Shown: piece by piece, positions 1 to 13,000 of the stretch
Numbering within the stretch: position 1 is the first letter of the stretch
Layout: each line of letters begins with the position of its first letter
NCBI GenBank assembly: GCA_002633005.1
Contig: NMRA01000430.1
Span: 341,363 to 393,350, forward strand
Source: Phoronis australis
Lineage: Eukaryota; Animalia; Phoronida
Reading direction: 5' to 3'
Length of the DNA stretch: 51,988 bases
Made by a program: the position numbers and the translations under genes
The notes under the pieces: generated by a model
Database searches by the model: none
What the model was told of the DNA's origin: nothing
The model's input: the letters and a program-made list of their open reading frames with translations, nothing else

Positions 1-841
1 GGGGGGGGAGGCATAGCAGTAGTCAGAGCCAACCAAAAATGTCACGGGCAGCCATTGTCACATCTTCAGGAAAACACTTGCAAAAGTACATATTAAATAT
101 CATGCAAAGAAATCAGATGCTGTAGCCATGGTCGCAAAAATTTACAAAATCACCACTAGGAGATGCCACAGGTGTCACATCCATCAAAAAATCAATGTCA
201 GCCATGGTCTTCTAATCATGAGCAGAACTGCTATGATTCCTAATGATCCTTTGAGGAGTTTGGCAGATGCTAAAAACAAATTCAAAATCATAAAAGTGGC
301 CACTAGGTGGTGCAAAATTCACTAAATCTGTCCGAAAATGAAAAAGGCATAGTTATCACTTTAATAGAAACCTATCTGCTGAGTTCCAGAAAAATCCATC
401 GATAAACGCCAAAGATACAGAGGCAAACGTCAAAACAACATACTGCCCCTAAGGGGCACACCAGTCCTGTAGTCAAATACATCAAATCCGTCCAAAAATG
501 GGAGGCCGTCACCATCTTAATAAATTCCTGTTTGCTAAATTTCATGAAAATACTTCCAGGAACTGAAAAAATACATCAACAAATTCAAAAAATTAAAATT
601 GCCTCTAGGGGGCACAGCGGTAGTCGAAGCAGTCCGAAACTCATAATCATCTGTTGTCTGTGTCATAGAAACACATCTGCCAAATCTCAACCACGCACTG
701 GATGCCCAGAGATGACGGCAATATGCACTCACATAATATGTGGGCTTATAAAAACAATCAGTTCCAACAAAAAGCCACATCAAAATTCAAAGACTGAAAA
801 TGTGACACTGAAAAAGGAAGAAGAAATTGCAGAAATGTTAC

Positions 842-887
842 CTTTAACTGTGGCTGTCTTTTGAGATAAGCAAGTCTGGCATGAATA
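842..887 (-). CDS. ACER3: Second copy of ACER3-like exon 10 (in duplicated segment)
   Basis: Identical by eye to 4016-4061. Confidence 0.8.
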
Positions 888-1202
888 CTGAAAATAAAAG
901 GAATACACACTTTATGACATTGTATACAGTCACCTCAACCATTCATAGCTGAAAAGCAATGAAAGAGGACTTTAAACTGCTGGATTTTGCAGTAGTTTAA
1001 ACCGTCCTCAAAACTTTGTTTCCCCTCATCATAAGATAACTTCTTCACACTGAGAGGTCAGTAGGTAAAATATTTTAGTTGTCCACTTCTCAATGCAAGG
1101 CTTCACTCATCTTTAAAGTGCAGATATTTTGTTTCTGCAATTAACCCCTCTGAATCACGCGAAGGGAACAAACGTAATTCACATTTTACCCAAAGGGAAT
1201 GA

Positions 1203-1470
1203 CTAGGTATGCGCCTATACCTGCACAGACGTCTTACCTGAAGAGTATGCCTAGATATGTGCCTATACCTGCACATACGTTTCTCCTGAAGAGAACATCC
1301 AGGTATGTGCTTATACCTGCACATACGTCTTACCCGAACAGTATGCCTAGGATATGCCTATACCTGCACATATGTTTCAATTGAAGAGAATGTCCAGGTA
1401 TGTGCCTATACCTCAACAGACGTCTTACCTGAAGAGTATGCCTAGGTATGTGCCTATACCTGCACAGACG
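1203..1470. repeat. 48-bp minisatellite, ~5.5 units
   Basis: Unit ctaggtatgtgcctatacctgcacagacgtcttacctgaagagtatgc. Confidence 0.93.
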
Positions 1471-1533
1471 TGCCACCATGCATGGAACTGAAGGACAGGT
1501 TGGACAGGGTCACTGACTGCAGCTCTTGTACTT
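1429..1533 (-). CDS. ACER3: Second copy of ACER3-like exon 9 (in duplicated segment)
   Basis: Identical by eye to 4695-4799, same splice sites. Confidence 0.8.
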
Positions 1534-2084
1534 CTGTCGACAAAGTGCACAGTAAACAATCAGTTATTAGGTTCAACTCTACACAACACACTCGTCGACA
1601 CCTTTGGATAAAAGTAACCAGGACTTTTTCTAAGTATTAAATACAAACATATTGCATTTGTCCAGAGCGTTTAAGTTAAATAAATACACGAAACGTACCG
1701 AGCGTGGCGTACATGAAATAATATCCCACGAGAATGATGTCGAGTGGGATCATATTCTTTCATGTACGCCACTCGAGGTACGTTTTGTATTTATCCCATA
1801 CGCATCGAATTCCTGAGTTTCTTTTGTTTTCTTTCGGCATTTCATAAATACTTCACCTTGACTGTTTACGTGGCTAATCACAACCTGTTGTGTAATGTAT
1901 GTGCGTGTTCTGTTGCTAACGTACTATAGAAAAAGAAAACAGTTTTAAATGCAACGGTTTATTACTTGAAATTGATAAAAAGTGTGAAAATGACAGTTAT
2001 CGTGCATTGAACTTGTATCATATTTCGAAAATAAATAACAAGAAAATTTGTAACACTGTAAAATCCTCATCGGGTAGCTGCACT

Positions 2085-2304
2085 NNNNNNNNNNNNNNNN
2101 NNNNNNNNNNNNNNNNNNNNNNNNNNNNNNNNNNNNNNNNNNNNNNNNNNNNNNNNNNNNNNNNNNNNNNNNNNNNNNNNNNNNNNNNNNNNNNNNNNNN
2201 NNNNNNNNNNNNNNNNNNNNNNNNNNNNNNNNNNNNNNNNNNNNNNNNNNNNNNNNNNNNNNNNNNNNNNNNNNNNNNNNNNNNNNNNNNNNNNNNNNNN
2301 NNNN
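2085..2304. other. Assembly gap
   Basis: Run of N. Confidence 1.
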
Positions 2305-2577
2305 AAGGGTGATTTTGGCACTCATCAAAGTTCTCAAATATCTACATTGCGTTTGGTATAATGTAGAAATAGACTAGAATGGTTTGCAGTTCACAAAATC
2401 ATTGAAAACAGCCACTGCCACAATACTTTTTGTGTTCCCATAGTGTACATTGATCACTTGTAGTTGATCGTAATTATAGAATTTTGAGTTATATCTAAAA
2501 TTTGGAAGGAGTTCTAACCTTGAGTAAAATTTTTCACTGTCCCAAAATAGAGAATTTTAACGTAACACTCAACTATC

Positions 2578-3935
2578 AAACAAGAGCAAGGACCATTGAA
2601 ATGCACCCACAAATGCTCCTAATGATGTTTTTAGTAACATAAAAATGGCCATCAGATAGCGCAGAAAATGAGAAAGCATCATCGTCTCTCAACTAAAAAA
2701 CCATTTGTCAACTTTCATGAAAATCCACCAAAAAACTCCAAAGATACAGAGGCAGATGTAAAAAACAAATTGTCATCAGAAGGCACAGCGGTAGCTGAAT
2801 CCGTCCGTCTGTTGTCAAGTTAATAGGACTAGACTTGGCAAATTGTGATCTTACAAATGGTGTATTAGATACATCCGCAGATGCAAAAATAATGTCCTTA
2901 GGGGCACCACAGTAGTTGCACCCATCTAAAAAGGAACGCCAAACGTGCTCATGTTAGTATGAGCACATCTTCCAATTTTCATAATGGTCCTCTGAGCAGT
3001 TTGGCAGATACAGAAACAAACACCAAAAAAACCCTGAAAAATAAATGATGTGGCCACAAGGCAGCACATAATCGGTAGCATCCAGCACAAATTGGAAAGA
3101 TACTGTCATCTTCACAATAGAAAATTGTTAAAAAAATTGAGGAACTCAGAAGATATAGAAGCAAAGGTAAAAACTAAAATTGCTACAGGGGGGAGGGGGA
3201 GGCATAGCATTAGTCAGAGCCATCCAAAAAAGTCACGGGCAGCCATTGTCACATCTTCAAGAAAACACCTGCAAAAGTACATAAATATCATGCAAAGAAA
3301 TCAGATGCTGTAGCCATGGTCGCAAAAATATACAAAATCACCACTAGGAGATGCCACAGGTGTCACATCCATCAAAAAATCAATGTCAGCCATGGTCTTC
3401 TAATCGTGAACAAAACTGCTATGATTCTTAATGATCCGTTGAGGAGTTTGGCAGATAGAGAGGCAGATGCAAAAAGCAAATTCAAAATCATAAAAATGGC
3501 CACAAGGTGGAGCAAAATTCACTAAATCTGTCCGAAAATGAAAAAGCGTAGTTGTCACTTTAATAGAAACCTATTTGCCGAATTCCAGAAAAATCCATCA
3601 ATAAACGTCAAAGATACAGAGGCAAACGTTAGAAAAATATACAGCCCTTAGGGAGCACACCTGTAACGCAGTCAAATACGTCAAATCCGTCCAAAAATGG
3701 GAGGCCGTCACCATAATCCTATTTGCTAAATTTCATGAAAATCCTTCCAGGAACTCAAAAAATACATAAACAAAAGCAAAAAACTAAGGGAGCACAGTAG
3801 TAGTCGAATCGGTCTGAAACTCATAGCTGTCTGTTGCCTGTGTCGTAGAAACACACCTGCCAAATCTCAACCATGCACTGGATGCCCAGAGATGACGGCA
3901 ATATGCACTCACATAATATGTGGGCTTACAAAAAC
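2578..3935 (-). mobile_element. Non-autonomous Helentron-type element (HINE/DINE-1-like)
   Basis: Minus-strand 5' end tttttgtaagcccac...; 3' end gtgggtgcatttcaatggtccttgctcttgtt shared with other copies; internal degenerate tandem units. A partial copy lies at 1-755. Confidence 0.65.
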
Positions 3936-4015
3936 AATCAGTTCCAACAAAAAGCCACATTAAAATTCAAAGACTGAAAATGTGACACTGCAAAAGGAAA
4001 TTGCAGAAATGTTAC

Positions 4016-4061
4016 CTTTAACTGTGGCTGTCTTTTGAGATAAGCAAGTCTGGCATGAATA
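4016..4061 (-). CDS. ACER3: ACER3-like coding exon 10 (IHARLAYLKRQPQLK)
   Basis: 46 nt, tttcag/gtaaca, phase 2 to 0. Confidence 0.9.
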
Positions 4062-7000
4062 CTGAAAATAAAAGGAATACAGACTTTATGACATTGTATA
4101 CACCTCAACCATTCATAGCTGAAAAGCAATGAAAGAGGACTTTAAACTGTTGGACTTTGCAGTAGTTTAAACCATCCTCAAAGCTTTGTTTCCCCTCATC
4201 ATAAGATAACTTCTTCAAACTGAGAGGTCAGTAGGTAAAATATTTTAGCTTTCCACTTCTCAATGCAAGGCTACACTCATCTTTAAAGTGCAGATATTTT
4301 GTCTCTGCAATTTATCCCTCTGAATCACGCCAAGGGAACAAACATAATTCACATTTTACCCAAAGAGAATGACTAGGTATGCGCCTATACCTGCACAGAC
4401 ATCTTACCTGAAGAGTATGCCTAGATACGAGCCTATACCTGCACATACGTTTCACCTGAAGAGAACATCCAGGTATGCGCCTATACCTGCCCATACGCCT
4501 TACCAGAAGAGTATACCTAAGATGTGCCTATACCTGCACATATGTTTCACCTGAAGAGAATGTCCAGGTATGTGAATATACTCGCACATACGCCTTACCA
4601 AAAGAGTATGCCTAGGGATGTGCCAATACCTGCACATATGTTTCACCTGAAGTGACTGTCCAGGTATGTGCCTATACCTCAACAGACGTCTTACCTGAAG
4701 AGTATGCCTAGGTATGTGCCTATACCTGCACAGACGTGCCACCATGCATGGAACTGAAGGACAGGTTGGACAGGGTCACTGACTGCAGCTCTTGTACTTC
4801 TGTCGACAAAGTGCACAGTAAACAATCAGTTACTAGGTTCAACTCTACACAACACACTCGTCAACACCTTTGGATAAAAGTAACCAGGATTTTTTCCAAG
4901 TATTAAATACAAACATATTGCACTTGTCCAGAGCGTTTAAGTTAAATAAATACACGAAACGTACCGAGCGTGGCGTACATGAAATAATATCTCACGATAA
5001 TAATGTCGAGTGGGATATTATTTCATGTACGCCACTCGAGGTACGTTTTGTATTTATCCCAAACCCATCGAATTCCTGAGTTTCTTTTGTATTCTTTCGG
5101 CATTTTATAAATACTTTATCCTGACTGTTTACGTTAATCACAACCTGTTGTGTATGAATGCGCGCGTTCTGTTGCTAACTTACTATAGAAAAAGAAAACA
5201 GTTTATTACTTGAAATTGATAAAAAGTGTGAAAATGACAGTTATCGTGCATTGAACTTGTATCATATTTTGAAAATAAATAACAAGAAAATTTGTAACAC
5301 TGTAAAATCCTCATCGGGTAGCTGCACTCATTCATGAAACTAAGTCATTGACCGGAGCGCGTAGCCTACACGTCGTCTGCTTTCACGAAGATGGTACAAG
5401 TGCCACCATTGATGACAGCTCTGGTGAATATGTCTGTTGTAGCGTTGTTGCAGGTACGTTGTTGCATTTCTACGTATTCTGTAGCCTTGGTACAAAGCTG
5501 CATACTAAATACACGACAGTCTGTTGATATAGCTAGCTAGCTGGCTACGAATTCTGTAGCATGGATAGGTTCACGTGTTGCTGGGACGATCGTCGTTGCT
5601 GCTCTTGTAATACTGTCGCCGATAGTATCGGGTGCTGTCATGGCCAGTGACAACAATGTTTGATATTGGCAAGGAATCGATGCCTGAGTTGCAGACGATA
5701 TATCTTAGCAATTGAAAACTGAGACAGAACTGTCATATAATTAACAGTCCTGTTCCAGACGTTACGACTGAGACCTGGTTGCATTTTGAGTGGTATTTAC
5801 ACTACTACAGTGGTATTACTTTAAGCTATTTTACAAAAGTTTGATGATCTAACCGGCGAACGACGTCGAGTCGACATTGACCTACCTTTTGAACCTTCAA
5901 TGTCAGAGGTCACTGTTGAAGTAGTGTGGGAGGTGAAAACGGAAAACATTATTACATGGCCGTATTGCACTCGACAGATTCAACGCGTATGGGATAAAGC
6001 ATAAATATACAGTGGGTAAGTGTTAAATTAAACATGAGTGTTTGAAAAAAACATTGATTAGTTGTATTTTAACCTCTAGATACATGATTGACCTTCATCA
6101 GCAATTATTTGGAGTATCAGAATAAATAGACATAGTTTGAATGAGAAAGCTGGGCATTACCTGAGTACATGGCAGTAGTGGTAGTCAATAAGCCACATCA
6201 AGAAGCCACTTCCATAGACAGCCAGACTGGAGGCCACTAGAAGCTTGGAGTGTTCAAAGTTTCTACAACAAACAAGACAATCAACACAGTGGATTCATCA
6301 GGTGCAAGACGTTTGGACATCTTGTGATCACAGCCAGATGTTGAGACAACGTGTGACCACGGCCAATTCCGTCAATGCAAGACTCTTGCGAATAAAAGCT
6401 AAACAAACAATGTTGGTTGACCATTATTTATCATCAAAGATTTTTATACCGAGTTCATATTAATCGTTTCTGTGAATTCACATGAATGGTACGATATGAT
6501 AAAGTTGTTAGATCAGAATTCACATTTAACAAATCTAATAATTATCATACACATTTACTCATCAACCATCATAATTTATATGATTTCCTAACACTGAGGA
6601 ATGAATGATAAGCGAGTAAAAGAGGTTTTCCAAGAATGATATTATGAATAATGGTCAGTCTGCGTCTGGTGATCATTTATCATCAACCTGACATGAAATC
6701 ACTTCAACCAAAATGGGAGGCGTAGTGAGATGCCATGCTTTGCTTGTCATGAATGGTGACATCTTGCCAATACTTGTGTGAGCTCACCAGACACAGCATT
6801 ATGGACCACAAACCTGGGGCCCGTTTCACTTTTTGTGTCTTAACTTAGACCTTGATTGAGCTAACTTTAGTTAATACCAAAACGTCTTAGCCCTGTTTCA
6901 TGAAATTTCTTAAAACCTAACCGAAATCAGTTTAAGCTAAGCCCGTAAGTTAACCTGCTATAGACTAGGCTTAAGATTGGACTGTTGGTCTACTGAACTG

Positions 7001-10000
7001 ACCTAAATAAACTGCATGACCAGCTCATTGAACTGACCAACACTTATGACTATCATCACTGTAAACTGTTGAGGAACAAATTTTGTTGACATTTTTCACA
7101 ACGTAATTTCAAATTGAAGATCGTCTGCTTTCAATTTGAGAACCAGCCAAGGCCATAGAGACAATCCAGTGCAATGTACCGGCATGTGTGAAATGATATT
7201 TTCCAGCCATTCCAGGGCTGCCTTAAGCTAACGAGATCCCAATTGTATCCGAAATGTTGTAAATAAATTCCCATTTAGAGTTTCAAGCCAAGGATTATTC
7301 TTGAAACTGTATTTCACACAAACCACTAGCTAAGTTTTGTGAATTTGCAACAAATGGTAGAAGCCTATTCAGTTTACCTAATATGATAAAATACAATTTA
7401 ATTTGTGTCTGAGTTACGACAAAAGACCAAAAACCGACTTGGTGTTCATGAAATGGTGTATTCCGAATTTTTGTTTTCGGTCTTAACTCACACTGCAAAT
7501 TTTTGGTCATAAGTCTTAAGTCACTTTTCAAGAAACTGGCACCAGCAAACATGTCTGCAGGCGCCAGGAAACACGTCTGCAGGCGCCAGGAAACACGTCT
7601 GCAAGCTATTTCTGTACTAGCTGAGGATGTGAGTTCAGTGGCTATTTCTTGTCAGTAATGACATTATCAAAGGGGAACAAAGCTACTTTTGGTGTTACGT
7701 AAGATCACAGATCCCTGATTATCTTGGGGACACATTTTCCACATTCCCTTGACATTTATTTACTATCCATGGAATGTTAGAAAGTGGCGTGAATTGGACA
7801 GGAAAAGGCCTCTTTCTGGTGACAACAGGATAGAGCAAACCTCTTGGTATAATGTGCAACTTTCATTACATACAATAAGAGTAATATTTTTCAAAAGTGG
7901 GTTAAAAAATTCAACTAAATTTAATACAACAATATCATATTGAGTAACGAGAACACAATTATACAAAGCTTGCAAGCAAATTGATACAAAGACCAATGAA
8001 TGTAACAAGTCCATGTTGAGTTAAAACGGACACACTTACTTAATAATATAAATACAATATGCGACCATTGTCATCACCATAACACCATAACAGGTCTGAA
8101 AAGTAAAGAAAAGAGGTTCAGCACTACACCTCATGCACAGCTTCAAACATCAACATTTTTACAAATTTAAGTATTAAGTGCCAGTGTTTGCCTAAAGTGC
8201 AAAAACAGAGAGCTATGAAAGGCTGACAATTTCGTAAGTGCATCCTCTAAAGAGCGTTCCACACACAGACTTTTCCTGGAACAAGTTACTTCCAGAACAA
8301 GTTGTTGCTAGGTTTGGAGGCTGTGTGGTCACTATTTAAACTAGTGCAACATACCCCACTTGTATAACAACGTACCTCATCTTATCGAGGTGGGATAACT
8401 TGTTCTAGGGTAACTTGCGCCACTTCTAATTCCTGTGTGGACGCAAACCTGGGGCAAGGTGGAAGTAATTATAAGCTATGGTTACATAAAGACGGGTTTT
8501 CTTTTGTGATCCGTACTCGCATTAGGTTTTCATTGTTATGCACAGAGCGACAACTTCTGCCTTAGCCTAGTTATCGGACATGTGCGTGCGGACGCTCCAA
8601 TTACAAGTGGGGTAAGTTGCATTAGTGCAAGTAGTTCTAGGGCACGCTGTGAGTGGGTGGGACTTAATATTCAAGGAGCATTACAGGTCTTCATCAACAA
8701 TGACATAACGATCAGCAGTAGCAATCAAAAACAAGTTATTCTTCCAAAGACAAAAGTACAGTAGGTAAAAATTTCCCTTTATGCACACAAAAAAGACAAG
8801 GAATCAAATGAGCAACTCATAATATAGCTCTCTAACCCGACAAAATGTTTAATTACATACATTACCTGAAAGAACAATGCATTTCTTGTTGAAAGATATA
8901 TCTGTAATAAAACATGACAACAATAGGTAAAGCAGAAGTGTTGAGACAGCCTTAAAAACAGCATTATGCTAATAGAATAAGTGAAGTCTAGAGGCTTAAG
9001 TACACCAGCTGCACCATAAAAGCCATCAAGCAACCTGTCTACTTGTTAGGAAAGAAGCAAGTCACTATGCTCCTCTGAAATTACCATGAAAAAACAGGCA
9101 GTAAAATTTAGGAAACTCGCCTGCGAGAGAATATAATCTTAAGACTGTACACACATCTGAATAAATTAATTAAAAGTGATCTAATGAAACAAAGTCAGCA
9201 GTCTATTCACACGCCTAATGACTCATTCAGTGACATGTTTCCAAACACCTATGGACTCTGTCACAATGTAATCATTACTAAAAAACAGGGAACTTTCTGC
9301 CTACATGACTTGCGCACATAACTTTGTTTTAATTGCCAACAATGAACCTACCACAGTTACAGCTAAACAATATGAGAACAACACCGTCTGTATAAGCCAA
9401 CTTCTCTCACCAGGGGGACAATTCACTTCATGTCTGTAGAAATGGAAAAGTATTAGGACACAATATAAAATATAAGACCAGTACTAATGAGATATACTTG
9501 AATGTCCACATTGACTCTAAGGACACACGAATGGCTTCTGCAACTACATTGACAGCTACCAGCTTGGTCTGCTCTAGTTTGGAGATGAACATTATGACAT
9601 GGATTTAGCAAATCTTAAGTGTAAAGTGTTAATGAACCACACAGTGTATTTGTTTATGTACACGTATGTTTATTTAGTATGCACATGCTTGTGTGTTTAT
9701 GTACATGTATGTTGGTGCGCACGTAGTATGGTGCACGTATGTTTGTGCATGTATGTTGAGCTGGAAGGTCACTTCGTTCAAAATATAATGGAAAACATTA
9801 GTTGAAGACCACACTACTAGAAACCCTAGTAACCAAAATTATATACCTTTAGCCTAGGAAAGAAAAAAACTTCTTCCGTATACTACATATCAGTTGACGA
9901 GTGTTAGCTTTCGCTCCTCAACCACGTGGAGGGGCTGAAGCGCAGACCACATGGGTTAGTACAAATGTCCATTTGAAGGAGAATGATGAAAAACAAAAAT

Positions 10001-13000
10001 ACTTACAGTGCAAATATTAGAACAGCCGAGCCCCAGATCATAGGTAATTCATCAGCAAGCTGAAAAATGTAAATGGCAAATGAATCAAGCAAGTACATGG
10101 TTAATGTCAACAAGGGACACTTAACAGTTTCGAGCCTGATACAAACTGCCCAATTTTCAGGTGAGCTGACGGAGTTTGTGGTACAATGAGTCTAAACTTT
10201 TGCGAGGTTCAAATGATGGCTTAAACAGTGATACAACACGGGGCACTGATGTAGCTAAGAAAAACCAATGAAAAGTGTTGCAAAGTTCAAAACGCTAGCT
10301 CAGTCAGTGCTAGAACGGGGGACACTATGTAGTTAAGTAAAACAAGAGTAAGATGTTACAACGTTCAAATGCTGGCTCAAACAGTGCCACAACAGACGGC
10401 ATTGATGTAGCTATGTAAAACTAGTGTAAAGCGTTGCGTGGTTCAAACACTGACTGAAACACATACTTACCTGGAAATGGTAAAGCAGCGTCATGTGGAA
10501 CAACCAAGACCCAAGACCTACACCTGTAATAGGAATGATGTCATCGCTTGGCATTCTGGGATAGTTGTAGACAAAGATTTCAGCATAAGAACACCACAGA
10601 TAAAGCATCTCACTTTACTAAGACGACCTATGAAAACAGCCTCTGTGTCTCAAATACGTATGCACCCAAAAAGATATAAAATGACATTAGGCAATAAATT
10701 TCCAGTTATTGGTAACAAATTATGAGGACGATGACTTTAGATGAGGAACACAAATGAACATTAACTGCCCCCTTAAATGGAACTGCAAACTCAATGAGCA
10801 ATTGCTGTTTCACAGTAATAGCAGATAATCCTCCAACTCATCTGCTACCTATCATTTTACATTAAAACAAAATGCCAAATATGTATAAAACTTGCCTGTA
10901 TTATCTTTTTACGTCTAATATTTTAACATATTATCTATGCGTACTTGAAACATTCAACCTTTACAAATGATACTTACACATAAGGCTGATGAAGCTGAGC
11001 GTGTTCTTCGACTCGTAACCTTTAAGGTACGAGAAAATAGCACCAATTCCAGCCAAACCAATCATGAACACATTACTGATGGTGTTCCCTGTAACATTAC
11101 AGAAATGGTAAGAAATCCATCCTGATAACTTGAAGCAAGAATGACCCCCTCCCTATTTTCATTTCTGAAGCATTCGATCCGACACCCACCCCAATGTAAA
11201 AGCTTGGAACACTGCTGGTTGGACTGTGGCAATGAACATTTTTCAAGGATGCCTTTGATAGCATTGCTGCCAGTGTCAGTTTTAGACTGAGTGGATATAG
11301 ACTGTAGTCACTCATTGATCTATATGCAGGGCCTTGGTTTTGGGGATGAAAAATATTCAAAAATCATGCAAAATTCCTATCACCAGGTCCAAAACTTACC
11401 TTCCAATGACCAAAATTTCCCCTCAAAGTTAGAATCACTTTTAACTCACACAGATCCTAGCCTTCAGAAGGTTTTAGGAACTGCGAAAATCTTAACTCAC
11501 AGTCACGCCTTTCTAGTATTCATAGCCTTGATGTGGAGAATCGAATCAGGGTTAGTTTCTCGTAAGTACACCGGGTTGATCACATAGTATTGAGCAAGGA
11601 AATCACTCAGAAAAGTCAATGACACCCCGACTAATTTGGTAAGTTGAATTCTTAAAGAAACTTAAACTCTAAGCAGAGTATAAGGCTACACTTTGAAAAT
11701 AGCACAATATTGGATATTTGATAAAACGACACCAGGAACAGTTAACAACATTAAATGACTATTACACAAAAGATTCATCATTTCTAGACAATAAACAAGA
11801 GCAACGCGGAGTGTTGAAATGCGCCCACGAATGCATCGCAAATGGTGTGCTTTTAGGGTTAGTTATTTGTATCATAAAAATGGCCACTAGATGGTGCAAA
11901 AACATACAATCCATCCAAGAACAGGAACATGCCATATTTTTTAAAAATCTGTCAAGGAACTTCAGAGAAACAAAGGAAAACAGAATAAAATAAAATTGCC
12001 ACTAGTGAGCACAGTGTCCGTTGGATCCGCCAGAAAGTCGTCATCGTCTGTTGTTATCTTCATATAAATACACTTACTAACTTTAGTAAAGATCCTGCAG
12101 TGGGTTCAAGAGATACAAATATGGGCGCAAAACAAAACTACCACTAGGAGGCGCCACAATAGTCAGTCACCATCATCAAAGGTCGTCTTCACACTGAGAA
12201 CATATATGCCAATTTTCAAATGATTTGGTTGATACAGGGGTGGACACCAAAAACAAGATTTGAAAACAGCAAAAATGGCCACTAGATGGTGCAAAATATC
12301 TCGATTCCATCCAAAAATAACATCACACCAATAGATGCCTATATTTAAAATTTTACGAAAATCTGTTGAGGATCTTTGAAGATACTGAGTTAAACGTAAA
12401 AAAATAAAATTGCCACTAGGGGGCACAGCACTATTCAGATCTGTCCGAAAGTCGTCGTCATCCGTAGTCAACATCATATAAATACACTTGTTAAATTAAG
12501 TAAAGATCCTGCAAACAGTTTAGGAGATACAGCCATAGGCGCAACAAAAACAAAACTGCCACTAGGAGGTGCCACAGTAGTCGAAATCCTCGGAAACTCA
12601 TCGTCAACCGTCCTCTTTACAGTAAGCACATACATGCCAATTTTCACAATCATCCTTTGAGCGGTTTGGTTGATAGGGGGTGGACGCAAAAAACAGTAAA
12701 AATGGCCACTAGGTGGCACAAACTACGTCAAATCCATCCGAAAATGGGAGAATAGTGTCATTTCACTAATAGGTGCCTACATACTAAATTTCATGAAAAT
12801 CCGTTCAGGACTTTTGAAGATACAAAGATAAGCGTAAAAAACTAAAATTGCCTCTAGGGGGCACACCGGTAGTCGGATCCGTCTGAAAGTTCACTCATGT
12901 CGTCCCATTCATGAATGGAACATATGTGCCAAATTTCATGAACGTATGTCAAAGGGTTTTGGAGATAGAGCAGCAGACGCCAGACGCCGTATTGACACCG

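Larger units (their letters stand above)
1..2084. repeat. About 2.1 kb direct duplicate of ~3190-5327 next to an N gap (probable haplotype false duplication)
   Basis: Collinear; exons identical while intronic DNA has scattered SNPs and indels; copy ends at ...gctgcact at the gap 2085-2304. Confidence 0.9.

Noticed and set aside
2305-2577. Search for the final ACER3 exon
   Set aside because: No acceptor followed by a plausible C-terminal peptide; the exon likely lies in the gap or left of the window.
1199-4745. Repetitive ORFs with 16-aa periodicity (e.g. 4500-4745, 1103-1324)
   Set aside because: By-products of the 48-bp minisatellite; the real reading frame is ACER3 exon 9.
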